Assembly: GCA_035294645.1 (NCBI GenBank)
Contig: DATGKN010000164.1
Coordinates: 99-64,098 of the forward strand
Length of the DNA: 64,000 nucleotides
Reading direction: 5' to 3'
Source: Chloroflexota bacterium
GTDB taxonomy: Bacteria; Chloroflexota; UBA6077; JAJPHF01
Part shown: positions 1-9,199 of the stretch, in pieces
Layout of the letters: the number at the start of each line of letters is the position of its first letter
Position numbering within the stretch: the stretch's first letter is position 1
Notes under the pieces: generated by a model
Seen by the model: only the letters and a program-made list of their open reading frames with translations
The model's database searches: none
Told to the model about the DNA's origin: nothing
Made by a program: the position numbers and the translations under genes

Positions 1-43
1 GCTCATAACCCGGAGGTCGTGGGTTCGAATCCCACCCCCGCTA
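1..43 (+). tRNA. tRNA-fMet (initiator, anticodon CAU), 3' portion only; 5' part lies outside the window
   Basis: Anticodon loop cuCAUaa at 4-10, three G:C pairs at the base of the anticodon stem (ccc at 39-41 numbering), T-arm GTGGG-TTCGAAT-CCCAC, acceptor 3' strand ccccgct plus discriminator A. Near-identical to the E. coli tRNA-fMet 3' half from memory. No encoded CCA. Confidence 0.75.
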
Positions 44-47
44 TGCT

Positions 48-90
48 ACACAGCGCATCTCCCACCTGGGAGGTGCGCTGTGTGCTTTTT
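48..90 (+). terminator. Rho-independent terminator downstream of tRNA-fMet
   Basis: 16-nt arms acacagcgcatctccc / gggaggtgcgctgtgt (one G-U), 4-nt loop acct, followed by gcTTTTT. Confidence 0.8.
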
Positions 91-104
91 GCGCCCCTTC
101 GTTC

Positions 105-1205
105 TCAGCGGTAGGGCCAGCTCCCGGAACCCGGCGGCCCAGAAGGGGCCGGTAAGCCCGGGCCCCAGCCGCCTGCCGGCGCCGCTTGCCAGCACCCGGT
201 TAGGCTGCCCGCGCACGGCAGCGCGGTGACGGCCAGGTTGCTAGGCACGATCTGGGTCTGCCGGTACACCGTCAGGTACGTCGGTGCGCCGTTGGGCCCT
301 GGCACAGTATAGGTCTGCACCGGCGGGCTCAGGTCGCTGGCGGTCGAGGGCGGCGGGGCAGTGCTGCTCACCAGGATGTCGTCCTGGGCTTCGAGCACGC
401 GTCCACTGCTGTCCAGCAGCCGCGCGTAGACGGTGCGCGGGCCCTCGCCAGGCGCGAGCGTCCAGCTCAGCGTGGGGCTGTAGGCGAAGGTCTGCGCGTC
501 GCTGAAGTCGGGGCTATTGGCCAGGGTCACCTGCACGATCGGCCGCGCGGGGCCACGGCACTCGTCGCTCACCAGCCCGTAGACGTATACAGTGACCTGG
601 CTCGTCTGGGTTGCTCGCGCCTCGTTGTTGAGCACGATGGGCGCGACAGCGGGCCGCTGGCCGACATCGAGTACCCAGTAGGTGAGTCCATCGGGGGTCG
701 CCGCGCGCCCGATGCCCATCTCGCGGACCTCGGGGTCAAGCAGGATCTGCCGATGGCCCGGGCTGTCGTACCAGCCGCGCGCCACATCATCGACGGTCTG
801 CAACGCGCCGAAGGCGATGTTCTCCCCGCCCCCGCACGTCTCATAGCCGGCCAGGCGCATGCGGTCCTGCACGCGCGTGCCGCCGCGGCCGATGTGGCTC
901 AGGGTGCGCATCTGCCCCATCGTCTCGGCATGCCACTGGGCGGCGGCCATGAGCTGCGGCTGCAGCTTGAGCGGCGCGCGGCCGCTTTGCTGGCGTAAGG
1001 CATTGACCGCCTCCGCCATGCGGCCGATGTCCTCCGGAACGTTGCCGGCGGGGCCGTCAGGGTTCCACTGCGCGCTGGCCGGTGCCGCGAGGACGAGGGC
1101 ACCCACGAGCGCGAGCGCGCGCAGGCCGCGCCGGGTAGACAGCCCGTAAGGGGCCAGGCGCGTGCAGCGACCGAGGACCTGGAAAGCGCGAGTGGCACGC
1201 GGCAT
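105..1205 (-). CDS. Secreted CAP/SCP (YkwD-like) domain protein with C-terminal Pro/Thr-rich region
   Basis: Signal peptide LRALALVGALVLAAPASAQ. CAP-domain signature ...WYDSPGHRQILLDPEVREMGIGRA... (the GHRxNIL-type YkwD motif). Start chosen at the internal ATG (MPRATRAF...) before the signal peptide; ORF frame 105..1271. Confidence 0.7.
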   Translation of the reverse strand: MPRATRAFQVLGRCTRLAPYGLSTRRGLRALALVGALVLAAPASAQWNPDGPAGNVPEDIGRMAEAVNALRQQSGRAPLKLQPQLMAAAQWHAETMGQMRTLSHIGRGGTRVQDRMRLAGYETCGGGENIAFGALQTVDDVARGWYDSPGHRQILLDPEVREMGIGRAATPDGLTYWVLDVGQRPAVAPIVLNNEARATQTSQVTVYVYGLVSDECRGPARPIVQVTLANSPDFSDAQTFAYSPTLSWTLAPGEGPRTVYARLLDSSGRVLEAQDDILVSSTAPPPSTASDLSPPVQTYTVPGPNGAPTYLTVYRQTQIVPSNLAVTALPCAGSLTGCWQAAPAGGWGPGLPAPSGPPGSGSWPYR

Positions 1206-1269
1206 CGCTCCCTCCTGCGTGGCCACGCGGCCGACCGCCATCGAGCCGCGTGGGGCGTGGACCGGCGCC

Positions 1270-1337
1270 AATATAGCACAGAACCGAATATGTCAACAGC
1301 GGCGGGTTCCCTGGCGCGGCGCAAGATATGCAATTGC
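1270..1337. promoter_or_regulatory. AT-rich divergent promoter/operator candidate between CAP gene and carH-like gene
   Basis: The only AT-rich stretch in a >70% GC region: caatatagcacagaaccgaatatgtcaacag (repeated AATAT-n-ACAG units) and a perfect 8-bp palindrome GCAATTGC at 1330-1337. Candidate operator for the adjacent MerR/CarH-type regulator; not tested. Confidence 0.3.
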
Positions 1338-1393
1338 TTAACCAAGCGGCGGGCGGCGTGGTATCCTGCCGCCAGGGGCAGGAGAGCGCGCGG

Positions 1394-2359
1394 GTGACTC
1401 CACGACACGATCGCCGGCTCGGGCCGCCCAACGGCCTGCCGGGCGGGGCCGAGCATCCCGTTTACAACACGCAGGCGGTGGTGCAGCTGACCGGCGTGCC
1501 AGCGCCGACGTTCCGCGCCTGGGAGCGCCGCTACGGTGTGCCACGGCCGGCGCGGCTGCCGGGCGGGCAGCGCCTGTACTCGGAGCGCGACGTGGCGCTG
1601 ATCCGCTGGCTGCACGATCGCACGGCGGAGGGCATGACGATCAGCCGTGCCTTGCGATTGCTGCAGGCGCGGCAGGCGGAAACGGCCCCACGCCCCGAGC
1701 CGACAGCGCGCACCTTCGCCCAGCTCCAGCGCGAGCTGATCGAGCGCCTGGCCGACTTCGACGCCGCCGGGGCCGAGGCGGTGATCGCCGAGGCGTTTGC
1801 CCTGTACCCGGTCGACGACGTCTGCCTCGAGCTGTTCCAACCCACCCTGGTGGAGATCGGCGAGCGCTGGCACGCGGGGCTGCTGTCCGTCGCCGCCGAG
1901 CACTTCGCTACCCACCTGATCCGGCGCCGGCTCCTCTCGCTGCTCCAGGTGTACGAGACTCACCGCCACGGGCCGCCGATCGTGCTGGCCTGCCCGGCCG
2001 AGGAACAGCACGAGCTCGGGCTGCTGTTCGTGGCGCTGTTCCTGGCGCGCCGCGCCTGGCCCGTGTTGTATCTCGGCGCCAGCGTGCCGGCCGAGGACCT
2101 GCGCGCCGTGGTGCGGCGCCTACAACCGCGCCTGGTGATCCTCTCGGCGACCACCGAGGAAGCGGCGCATCGCCTGGTGGCCACCGCCGAACTGCTGGCC
2201 ATGCTGCCCGAGCCGCGCCCGCGGCTGGCCTACGGCGGCCAGGCGTTCGACCGCCCCAACCCGGCACCGCGCACCACGCTGGGCACCTACCTCGGGCCCG
2301 ACGCCCGGACCGCGGCCGATCGCGCCGATGTGCTGCTCGGCGCGGCGCCGCTCGCCTAG
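1394..2359 (+). CDS. CarH/LitR-family MerR-type transcriptional regulator with C-terminal cobalamin-binding domain (putative B12-dependent light sensor)
   Basis: MerR HTH (YNTQAVVQLTGVPAPTFRAWERRYG...RLYSERDVALIRWL). Helical bundle with the CarH photoreceptor signature Wx9EH (ERWHAGLLSVAAEHF). Rossmann B12-binding motif ExHxxG (EEQHELGLLFVALF). GTG start at 1394 chosen because GGCAGGAGAG sits 7 nt upstream; the ORF track start 1328 (ATG) lacks an RBS. Confidence 0.7.
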   Translation: MTPRHDRRLGPPNGLPGGAEHPVYNTQAVVQLTGVPAPTFRAWERRYGVPRPARLPGGQRLYSERDVALIRWLHDRTAEGMTISRALRLLQARQAETAPRPEPTARTFAQLQRELIERLADFDAAGAEAVIAEAFALYPVDDVCLELFQPTLVEIGERWHAGLLSVAAEHFATHLIRRRLLSLLQVYETHRHGPPIVLACPAEEQHELGLLFVALFLARRAWPVLYLGASVPAEDLRAVVRRLQPRLVILSATTEEAAHRLVATAELLAMLPEPRPRLAYGGQAFDRPNPAPRTTLGTYLGPDARTAADRADVLLGAAPLA

Positions 2360-2501
2360 CAGCGTCTTTCCCCCGCGCCGTTTCGCATGGCCCGCCTTGC
2401 GCCGCTTGCCCACGGGCGGCATCATGCAGCGCGGGCCGGAGCCCGCCTCGTTGCCTCGCTAGGCGCGGCCGGCAGCGGGCGCCGGTGGAAAGGGGAGGGG
2501 C

Positions 2502-3317
2502 ATGGGGAGTGTTGTTCTCATCTTCCTGGCGGTGGTCGTGGTGGTGGTGGTGCTGGCCTCGCTGCGCCTGTGTGCCGAGTGGGAGCGGAAGGTGGTGCTG
2601 CGCCTGGGCCGCTTCGCCGGCGTGCGCGGCCCGGGGGTGTTCTTCCTGCTGCCGTTCATCGAGCGGACGCCGTTCACCGTTGACCTGCGCACGGTGACCA
2701 GCGCCTTCACGGCCGAGCAGACGCTCACGCGCGACAACGTGCCCGTGAACGTGGACACCATCATCTACTGGCGGGTGATCGACCCGGCGCGCGCCGTGCT
2801 GCAGGTGGAGGACTATCGCCTCGCCGTGCTGGGCGCTGCCCAGACGGCGCTGCGCGACATCATCGGCCGCAGCAACCTGAGCCGGGTGCTGGCCGAGCGC
2901 ACCGCCATCGACGAGGAGCTGACCCGTGTGCTCGACGCCCAGACCGAGCCGTGGGGGGTGAAGGTCTCTGCCGTGCTGATGCGCGACATCAAGATCCCCG
3001 ACGCGTTGCAAGATGCCATGAGCCGCGTGGCCCAGGCCGAGCGCGAGCGCGACGCGCGGGTGATCCTCGGGCAGAGCGAGACGCTGATCGCGCAGCAGTT
3101 CGCCGAGGCCGGCCAGGTGTACGCCAACAACCCGATGGCCCTGCACCTGCGCGGCATGAACATGCTGTACGAGACGATGCGCCAGAATCCCGGCTCGATC
3201 GTCATCATCCCGGCGTCGGCCGTCGAGTCGATGGCGCTCGGCGGCATGACGGGCGTCACCGCGCTGGCGCAGACGCTGAACGCCAGTGAGCCGTCGGGGG
3301 GGCCGGCCCCCGCCTAG
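2502..3317 (+). CDS. SPFH/band-7 (stomatin/prohibitin-like) membrane protein
   Basis: N-terminal TM (VVLIFLAVVVVVVVLASL) followed by a typical SPFH core (...DNVPVNVDTIIYWRVIDPARAV...AQTALRDIIGRSNLSRVLAERTAIDEEL...). RBS AAAGGGGAGGGG before ATG. Confidence 0.8.
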   Translation: MGSVVLIFLAVVVVVVVLASLRLCAEWERKVVLRLGRFAGVRGPGVFFLLPFIERTPFTVDLRTVTSAFTAEQTLTRDNVPVNVDTIIYWRVIDPARAVLQVEDYRLAVLGAAQTALRDIIGRSNLSRVLAERTAIDEELTRVLDAQTEPWGVKVSAVLMRDIKIPDALQDAMSRVAQAERERDARVILGQSETLIAQQFAEAGQVYANNPMALHLRGMNMLYETMRQNPGSIVIIPASAVESMALGGMTGVTALAQTLNASEPSGGPAPA

Positions 3318-3401
3318 CACGGTGGGCGGCGAGACGCACCGGCCCGCCCGCCACGATAGCTCCAGCCAAGGCTGGTAGCGGGGGGCGGCTGCCGAGGGGG
3401 A

Positions 3402-4592
3402 TCAGGGCGCGGCGGGCTGGGGCGCAGGCCGCAGGAACACCTCCTGAGCGGCCGCCACGCCGCTGCCCAGGGCGACTGGCACGCCGCACTCGCGCAGCGC
3501 CAGCTCCACCCCGCCCAGCATGGCCAGCACTTCCAGCTCGTTGAGCGCGCCGAGGTGGCCCAGCCGCACCACGCGCCCTTTGAGTTGCCCCAGCCCGACC
3601 CCGAGTGCCAGCCCGAACCGCTCGCGCGCGTGGGCGATCAGCACGTCGCTGTCCAGGTGCTCGGGCAGCACCACCGCCGAGAGGGTGTTCGAGTAGGTGG
3701 CCGGATCCTCGGGCAGCAGGTGCAGGCCCCAGGCGCGCACCGCCGCGCGCACGCCATCGGCCAGCCGCTGGTGGCGCGCGTACACGTTGTCCAGGCCTTC
3801 TTCCTCCAGCAGCCGCAGCGCCTCGCGCAGGCCGAACAGCAGCAGCGTGGCCGGCGTGTAGGGGAAGAAGCCCGCGGCGTTGTCGCGCAGAATCGGCCGC
3901 CAGTCGAAGAAGTGGCGCGGCGAGCCGCCCCGCTCGGCCACGGCCAGCGCGCGCGGGCTGGCGCACAGGATGCCCAGTCCCGGGGGCAGCATCAGCCCCT
4001 TCTGGCTGCCCGTCAGCGCCACATCCACGCGCCAGGCGTCGAAGTGGAAGGGGATCGAGGCCAGCGAGCTGACCGTGTCGACCAGCAGCAGGGCGTCGGA
4101 GCCGGCGGCGTCGAGCGCGGCGCGCACCTCGCCGATATTTGACGTAACGCCGGTGGAGGTCTCGTTGTGGACCACCAGCACCGCGCGGTAGGGCGGGGCG
4201 CTGGGGCGAGTGAATTGCTCGGCGACCACGGCGCGGGTCAGCGCTTGGCCCCAGCGCAGCGGTACCTCGTCGACCTGGTAGCCGAGGTCGCGGGCTGTCT
4301 GGGCGAAGCCAGCGGCGAAGTGGCCGTAGTTGAACGCCAGCACGCGGTCGCCCGGGGCCAGCACGTTCGTCAGCGCGGCCTCCCAGGCCCCGGTGCCCGA
4401 CGCCGGGTAGAGGATCACGGCGCCCTCGCGCGTGCCGAACACGCGGCGCAGGCCCGGCAGCAGCTCGCGGGTGAGCGCCGCGAACTCGGGGCTCCGATGA
4501 TCGATCACCGGGCGGTCCATCGCCCGCAGGACCGAATCGGGGACGTTGGTCGGCCCAGGAATCTGCAGGAACGGTCGTCCGCGGATCACCAC
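3402..4592 (-). CDS. Class V PLP-dependent aminotransferase (serine-glyoxylate / alanine-glyoxylate aminotransferase family)
   Basis: Canonical N-terminus VVIRGRPFLQIPGPTNVPDSVLRAM, Lys-containing SQKGL motif, about 397 aa. GTG start at 4592 inferred; the 582-aa ORF-track N-terminal extension is Pro/Arg-rich and unlikely to be real. Confidence 0.75.
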   Translation of the reverse strand: MVIRGRPFLQIPGPTNVPDSVLRAMDRPVIDHRSPEFAALTRELLPGLRRVFGTREGAVILYPASGTGAWEAALTNVLAPGDRVLAFNYGHFAAGFAQTARDLGYQVDEVPLRWGQALTRAVVAEQFTRPSAPPYRAVLVVHNETSTGVTSNIGEVRAALDAAGSDALLLVDTVSSLASIPFHFDAWRVDVALTGSQKGLMLPPGLGILCASPRALAVAERGGSPRHFFDWRPILRDNAAGFFPYTPATLLLFGLREALRLLEEEGLDNVYARHQRLADGVRAAVRAWGLHLLPEDPATYSNTLSAVVLPEHLDSDVLIAHARERFGLALGVGLGQLKGRVVRLGHLGALNELEVLAMLGGVELALRECGVPVALGSGVAAAQEVFLRPAPQPAAP

Positions 4593-4783
4593 TGCTGCCC
4601 CCTCGCTGCATCGGTTTGGGCCGATTGTACCGTGCCTCGGGCGCCGCGCCCGTGCTCCGTGAACCACACACGGTCTCGATACGGTAAAGTATGTACCCAC
4701 CCCGCGTATGGCGCGGCTGGCGCTGCTGCGCGAGGAGGTGGGCGCCGATGATCTAGAAGAGCGCCGCGCGAGAAGAGGTCCTA

Positions 4784-7700
4784 GTGGTCCCGACGGATTT
4801 ATTGTCTCCAGCGCTGGCCGAGGGCGCCCGCGCCCTGGCGGCCGGTGCGCCGGCCGAGGCGCTGCGCGTGGTGCTGTGCGCCGTGCGCGCGCTGCTGGCC
4901 GCGGAGAGCGCCGCGGTGCTCCAAGGCGCGGGAGAAGCGCTCGGGCTGTTGCGGCGCGAGGGCGCCGCGCCCGTCGCCCCCGGGGGGTGTCACCGCTGGC
5001 CGCTGGTGGTGGCGGGCGAGGTAGTCGGGGCGCTGGAGGTGGCCGGCGTGCCGCCCGAACGGTTGGCGGCAGCCGAGGCGACGCTCGCGCCGCTGCGCGA
5101 TCTTGCGGCGGTTGCCCTGCGCGAGGTGGGGCGCGCGGCGGCCGAGGCATCCGCGGACACCGTGTTGCTCGACGCGCTGCACGCCCTGCTGGGCGCGAGT
5201 CGGGCGGGGGGCGAGCCGGCCGCGCTCGCCGAGCTGGTAGTAGCCCGGGCCCGCGCGCTCGCTGGGGCCGATGCGGCCGTGCTCGTCCTCTATGAGCCAG
5301 CCACGGCGGCGTGGCACTGGGCGGCGAGCACCGAGCCCGCGCTGCTGGCCGCTGTCGGCCCGCCCGCTGCCGCGCTGGTGGACCAGCTCGCCGCGCTGGC
5401 GCAGGGGCAGGTGGCGGCCGAGGGGATCGCGCTGGCCGCGCCGCTGCCCCTGGCGTTTCCCCCGCGCGCGCTGCTCACCATCCCGTTCGAGACGGGGCCA
5501 GGGGGGCATGGCCTCCTGGTGCTGGCGCGCCGGGGCGCCCAGGCATTCGCTGCGGCCGAGACACACCGCGCGACGCTGCTCGCCGCCCAGTTCGGCGCGG
5601 CCCTGCACGCGGCCGGGCTGCGCGCGGAGACGCAAGCGCTGCGCCTGCGCGCGGAGAGCTTCATCGAGCTCGCGCGCGAGAGCACGGCGACCCAGGAGCT
5701 GGACCGCGTGCTCGACCAGGTCGCCGCCAGCGCCTGCCGGCTGCTGGGCGCCGACTTCGCCGCCGTGTATGTGCTGGAGTCCGATGGCCAGGTGGCGCGG
5801 CGCAGCCTATACGGGGCACGGGTGCCCCCGCCCGATCGCCACCGGCGCACGCCGCCCTACGGGCTGGTGGCCCGCGTGCTAGAGCGCGGCGCGACGCTGG
5901 TGTTCGAGGGGCTCGACCGCTCGCCGCTACGCGAGGCCCTGCCGCTGTACCGGCGCGAGGGCGGGCGCACGGCGCTGGGCACCCCGCTGCGGCGCAACGG
6001 CACGATCAACGGGGTGCTGCTGCTCGGTTGGCGCCGGCCGGTGGCGCTGGGGGCGGAACAGGTGCGGCTGGCCGAGGCGGTGGCCGCCTATGGCGCGACA
6101 GCCCTGGACAGCGCCCGGACGCACGCCGCGCTAGCCGCGCAGGCCGAGGCGCTGCGGCGCCTGCTCGCCGAGCGCACGGCGGTGCTGGAGCAGCTGCCCA
6201 GCGGCCTGCTGGTGCTCGACCGCCACGGCCGGGCCGAGCTGGTCAACCGGGCGGCCCGGCAGATCCTTGGCGCCCCGTTAGACCCCGCTATTCCCGTGGC
6301 CGATCAAGTCGCGCGCTTCCAGTTGCGGCACGCGCGTGACGGCCGCCCGGTGCTGCCCACAGGGGCCATTGCCGCGCGGCTGATGGCCGGGGAGGTGGTG
6401 CACGGGGCGGAGTACGTGCTGCGCCGGCCGGACACCGGCGAGGAGGTGTGGCTGCTCTGCTCGGGCGTGCCGCTGCGCGACGCCGACGGGGCGGTGGCCG
6501 GCGCGGTGCTGGTGTTCTCCGATCTGACCCACGAGCGCCGGCTCGTGCAGCAGCTGGCGGCCTCGGAGGAGCGGTTCCGCATCGCCCTGATGAGCATCCC
6601 GATCACCGTGTTCCAGATGGACACGGCGCTGCGCTACACCTGGGTCTACCACCCCCGGGGCCTGGTCAGCCAGCCCCTGCTGGGGCGCACCGACGCCGAG
6701 CTGTTCCCGCCCGCCGCGGCCGCCCAGCTCACGGCGCTCAAGCAGAGCGTGCTGGCCACCGGCCAGGGCCGCCGCGCTGAGATCTGCGTCGAGAGCGCAG
6801 ACGGCGAGCGGTACTACGACCTGTACCTCGAGCCGCTGTGCGCGGCCGACGGCCAGATCGTGGGCCTCACCGGCGCCGCGATGGACATCACCGCCCGCAA
6901 GCGCGAGCAGGCGGCGCTGCAGCGGCTGGCCGCGATCGTCGAGTCGTCCGAGGACGCGATCATCGGGACCGCCTGGGACGGCACCATCGTGAGCTGGAAC
7001 CGCGCCGCCGAGCGGTACTACGGCTACACCGCCGCCGAGGCGTGTGGCCGGCATATCACCTTCATCGTGCCGCCCGAGGAGCGCGAGCTGATCACCGCCC
7101 GCCGGGCGCGCGTGCTGGCGGGCGAGCGCCTCGAACTGCTAGTCGCCCAGCGGGTGCGGCGCGACGGGCAGCGCATCGACGTGGCCGTGAGCGTCTTTCC
7201 GGTCACCGATTCCGAGGGGCGCATCGTGGGCTCGGCCAGCATTGCTCGCGACATTACCGCCAGCAAGCGGGCGGCCGATGCGCTGCGCCGCAGCGAGCAG
7301 TTCGCGCGCGCCGTGCTCAACGCGCTGCCGGCTGAGATCGCCGCGCTGGACCGCGAGGGACAGATCATCGCCGTCAACGACGCCTGGGCACGGCACGCGC
7401 CAGAGGGCTACGGGCTGGTGTGCGGGGGCGTGGGCCAGAACTACCTCGGGACCTGCGCCGCACTGGGGGCTAGGGGCCCGTATGCCGCCGAGGCCATAGT
7501 GGGCGTTCGGGCGGTGCTGGCCGGCGAACGGCCCGACTACAGCCTCGAGTACCGCTGCGAGCAGGGCGGCACGCCGCGCTGGTTCGCGCTGTACGTCACC
7601 CCGCTGGGCGAGGAGGCCGGCGGGGCGGTGGTCGCCCAGTTGGACATCACCGAGCGCAAGGCGGTCGAGGAGCAGTTACGCCAGGTCCAGCGTCTAGACG

Positions 7701-8821
7701 CCATGGGCCGCCTGGCGGGCGGCGTGGCCCATGACTTCAACAATATCTTGACCGTCATCAATGGCTTCAGCGAGCTGCTGCTGAGCCAGTTGCCCGCCGA
7801 CGACCCGCGCCGCGCCTGTGCCGAGGAGATCCTCAAGGCTGGCGAGCGGGCCGCCGGGGTCGCCAGCCAGCTGCTGGCGTTCAGCCGCCGTCAGCTCGTC
7901 TCGCCGCAGGTCCTCGACCTCAACGCCGTGGTCCGCGATACCGAGACGATGCTGCGACGCCTCATCGGCGAGGACATCGTGTTGCTCGCGCGCCTGGACC
8001 CTACCTGCGGGCCCGTGCGCGCCGATCCGGGCCAGCTCCAGCAGGTACTGGTGAATCTCGCCGTCAACGCGCGCGACGCCATGCCCCGGGGCGGCGAGCT
8101 GTTCCTGCAGACGCAGCGTGTGCAGCTGGGGGCGCAGGCCGCCGCGGCCGCCGGGCTGCCCGGGGCGGGCACCTACGTCGCGCTGCTCGTGCGCGACACG
8201 GGCTGTGGGATGGATGAGGCGACCCAGGCGCGCATCTTCGAGCCGTTCTTCACTACCAAGGCGTCGGGCCGCGGCACGGGGCTCGGGCTGTCCACCGTCT
8301 ACGGGATCGTCAAGCAGAGCCACGGGGCGATCAGCGTGCGCAGCCAGCCCGGCCGCGGCACCACGTTCACCATCTACTTGCCCGAGGTGACCGAGCGCCC
8401 CGCGGAGGCGGCGCCTGGCGGCCCGGACCCCCCGCTGGCACCCGGTAGCGAGACGATCCTGCTGGTGGAGGACGAGGCGCAGGTGCGAGCGCTGGCCCGC
8501 GCGAGCCTGGTCGCGGCGGGCTACACGGTACTGGAGGCCCGCGACGGCACCGAGGCGCTGGCGCTCAGCGCACGGCACCCGGGGCCGCTGCACTTGCTGC
8601 TCACCGACGTGGTGATGCCCGGCATGAGCGGCAGCGAGCTAGCGCGCACGCTCCAGGCGCGCCACCCTGGCCTGCGCGTGTTGTATATGTCGGGCTACCC
8701 CGATGAGGCGCTGGCGCGGCACGGTGTGGCGGCCCCGCACGCGTTGCTGCCCAAGCCGTTCACCCCCGAGCGCCTGCGCGCCCAGGTGCGTCGCATCCTC
8801 GATGGGCGCGCGGTGGGGTAG
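4784..8821 (+). CDS. Large hybrid sensor histidine kinase (multiple GAF and PAS domains, HisKA, HATPase_c, C-terminal receiver)
   Basis: H-box HDFNNILTVINGFSELLL, G-boxes DTGCGMDE ... GRGTGLGLSTVYGIVKQSHG, receiver domain ILLVEDEAQVR...LLLTDVVMPGMSG. 1345 aa with repeated GAF/PAS-like segments. Confidence 0.85.
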   Translation: MVPTDLLSPALAEGARALAAGAPAEALRVVLCAVRALLAAESAAVLQGAGEALGLLRREGAAPVAPGGCHRWPLVVAGEVVGALEVAGVPPERLAAAEATLAPLRDLAAVALREVGRAAAEASADTVLLDALHALLGASRAGGEPAALAELVVARARALAGADAAVLVLYEPATAAWHWAASTEPALLAAVGPPAAALVDQLAALAQGQVAAEGIALAAPLPLAFPPRALLTIPFETGPGGHGLLVLARRGAQAFAAAETHRATLLAAQFGAALHAAGLRAETQALRLRAESFIELARESTATQELDRVLDQVAASACRLLGADFAAVYVLESDGQVARRSLYGARVPPPDRHRRTPPYGLVARVLERGATLVFEGLDRSPLREALPLYRREGGRTALGTPLRRNGTINGVLLLGWRRPVALGAEQVRLAEAVAAYGATALDSARTHAALAAQAEALRRLLAERTAVLEQLPSGLLVLDRHGRAELVNRAARQILGAPLDPAIPVADQVARFQLRHARDGRPVLPTGAIAARLMAGEVVHGAEYVLRRPDTGEEVWLLCSGVPLRDADGAVAGAVLVFSDLTHERRLVQQLAASEERFRIALMSIPITVFQMDTALRYTWVYHPRGLVSQPLLGRTDAELFPPAAAAQLTALKQSVLATGQGRRAEICVESADGERYYDLYLEPLCAADGQIVGLTGAAMDITARKREQAALQRLAAIVESSEDAIIGTAWDGTIVSWNRAAERYYGYTAAEACGRHITFIVPPEERELITARRARVLAGERLELLVAQRVRRDGQRIDVAVSVFPVTDSEGRIVGSASIARDITASKRAADALRRSEQFARAVLNALPAEIAALDREGQIIAVNDAWARHAPEGYGLVCGGVGQNYLGTCAALGARGPYAAEAIVGVRAVLAGERPDYSLEYRCEQGGTPRWFALYVTPLGEEAGGAVVAQLDITERKAVEEQLRQVQRLDAMGRLAGGVAHDFNNILTVINGFSELLLSQLPADDPRRACAEEILKAGERAAGVASQLLAFSRRQLVSPQVLDLNAVVRDTETMLRRLIGEDIVLLARLDPTCGPVRADPGQLQQVLVNLAVNARDAMPRGGELFLQTQRVQLGAQAAAAAGLPGAGTYVALLVRDTGCGMDEATQARIFEPFFTTKASGRGTGLGLSTVYGIVKQSHGAISVRSQPGRGTTFTIYLPEVTERPAEAAPGGPDPPLAPGSETILLVEDEAQVRALARASLVAAGYTVLEARDGTEALALSARHPGPLHLLLTDVVMPGMSGSELARTLQARHPGLRVLYMSGYPDEALARHGVAAPHALLPKPFTPERLRAQVRRILDGRAVG

Positions 8822-8845
8822 TGGGCGCCAGGATTGGACATAACG

Positions 8846-9067
8846 CTAATCGGGTAGGGGAGGCGGGGGAGCATCCGGTTCCTCGCGGACGAGGCGGAAC
8901 GCCCCGACGGCGGCCACGATCTGCCAGCCGTGGATGTGCACGGTCACGATCCCGTTCTGGGCGGTCTTGGTGACGAAGCCGCGAGCGCCGACCGGGAGAT
9001 CGGGATAGCGATCCAGCGGCTCGATCAGCTCGACCTCGTCGCCGGCGAACAGCGGGGGCTGCGCCAT
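8846..9067 (-). CDS. Small hypothetical protein (73 aa; possibly DUF4926-like)
   Basis: High GC3 codon usage consistent with genuine coding. MAQPPLFAGDEVELIEPLDRYPDLPVGARGFVTK... No functional motif recognised; the family assignment is from memory only. Confidence 0.45.
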   Translation of the reverse strand: MAQPPLFAGDEVELIEPLDRYPDLPVGARGFVTKTAQNGIVTVHIHGWQIVAAVGAFRLVREEPDAPPPPLPD

Positions 9068-9159
9068 AGGCGTGTAGGTCCTCCGGGCCCGTCTGGTGCG
9101 CGCTGAGCGTGTTATGGCCAGTATACCGCCGCGGCCGCCGGCCCCCTCTCCTCCATGTC

Positions 9160-9179
9160 GATGATAATATGGATTATCA
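9160..9179. promoter_or_regulatory. AT-rich inverted repeat ATGATAAT-n4-ATTATCAT upstream of the small gene
   Basis: 8-bp perfect inverted arms separated by ATGG, the only AT-rich patch in this intergenic region. A TATACT -10-like hexamer on the minus strand at 9119-9124 lies between it and the 8846..9067 start. Confidence 0.3.
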
Positions 9180-9199
9180 TAAGCATGGCCGCGCCCGCC

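Noticed and set aside
899-3320. Long ORFs on the opposite strand or in alternate frames overlapping the CAP, carH-like and SPFH genes (899..2011-, 1908..3320-, 1057..1431-, others)
   Set aside because: Pro/Arg/Gly/Ala-rich translations with no domains, typical high-GC antisense artefacts. The overlapping frames carry clear conserved-domain proteins.
3256-4671. 471-aa ORF antisense or out of frame to the aminotransferase gene, and the 582-aa extended version of the aminotransferase ORF
   Set aside because: Low-complexity Arg/Pro/Gly translation. The aminotransferase homology begins at VVIRGRPFLQIPGP, so the upstream 185 codons of the ORF-track version are not supported.
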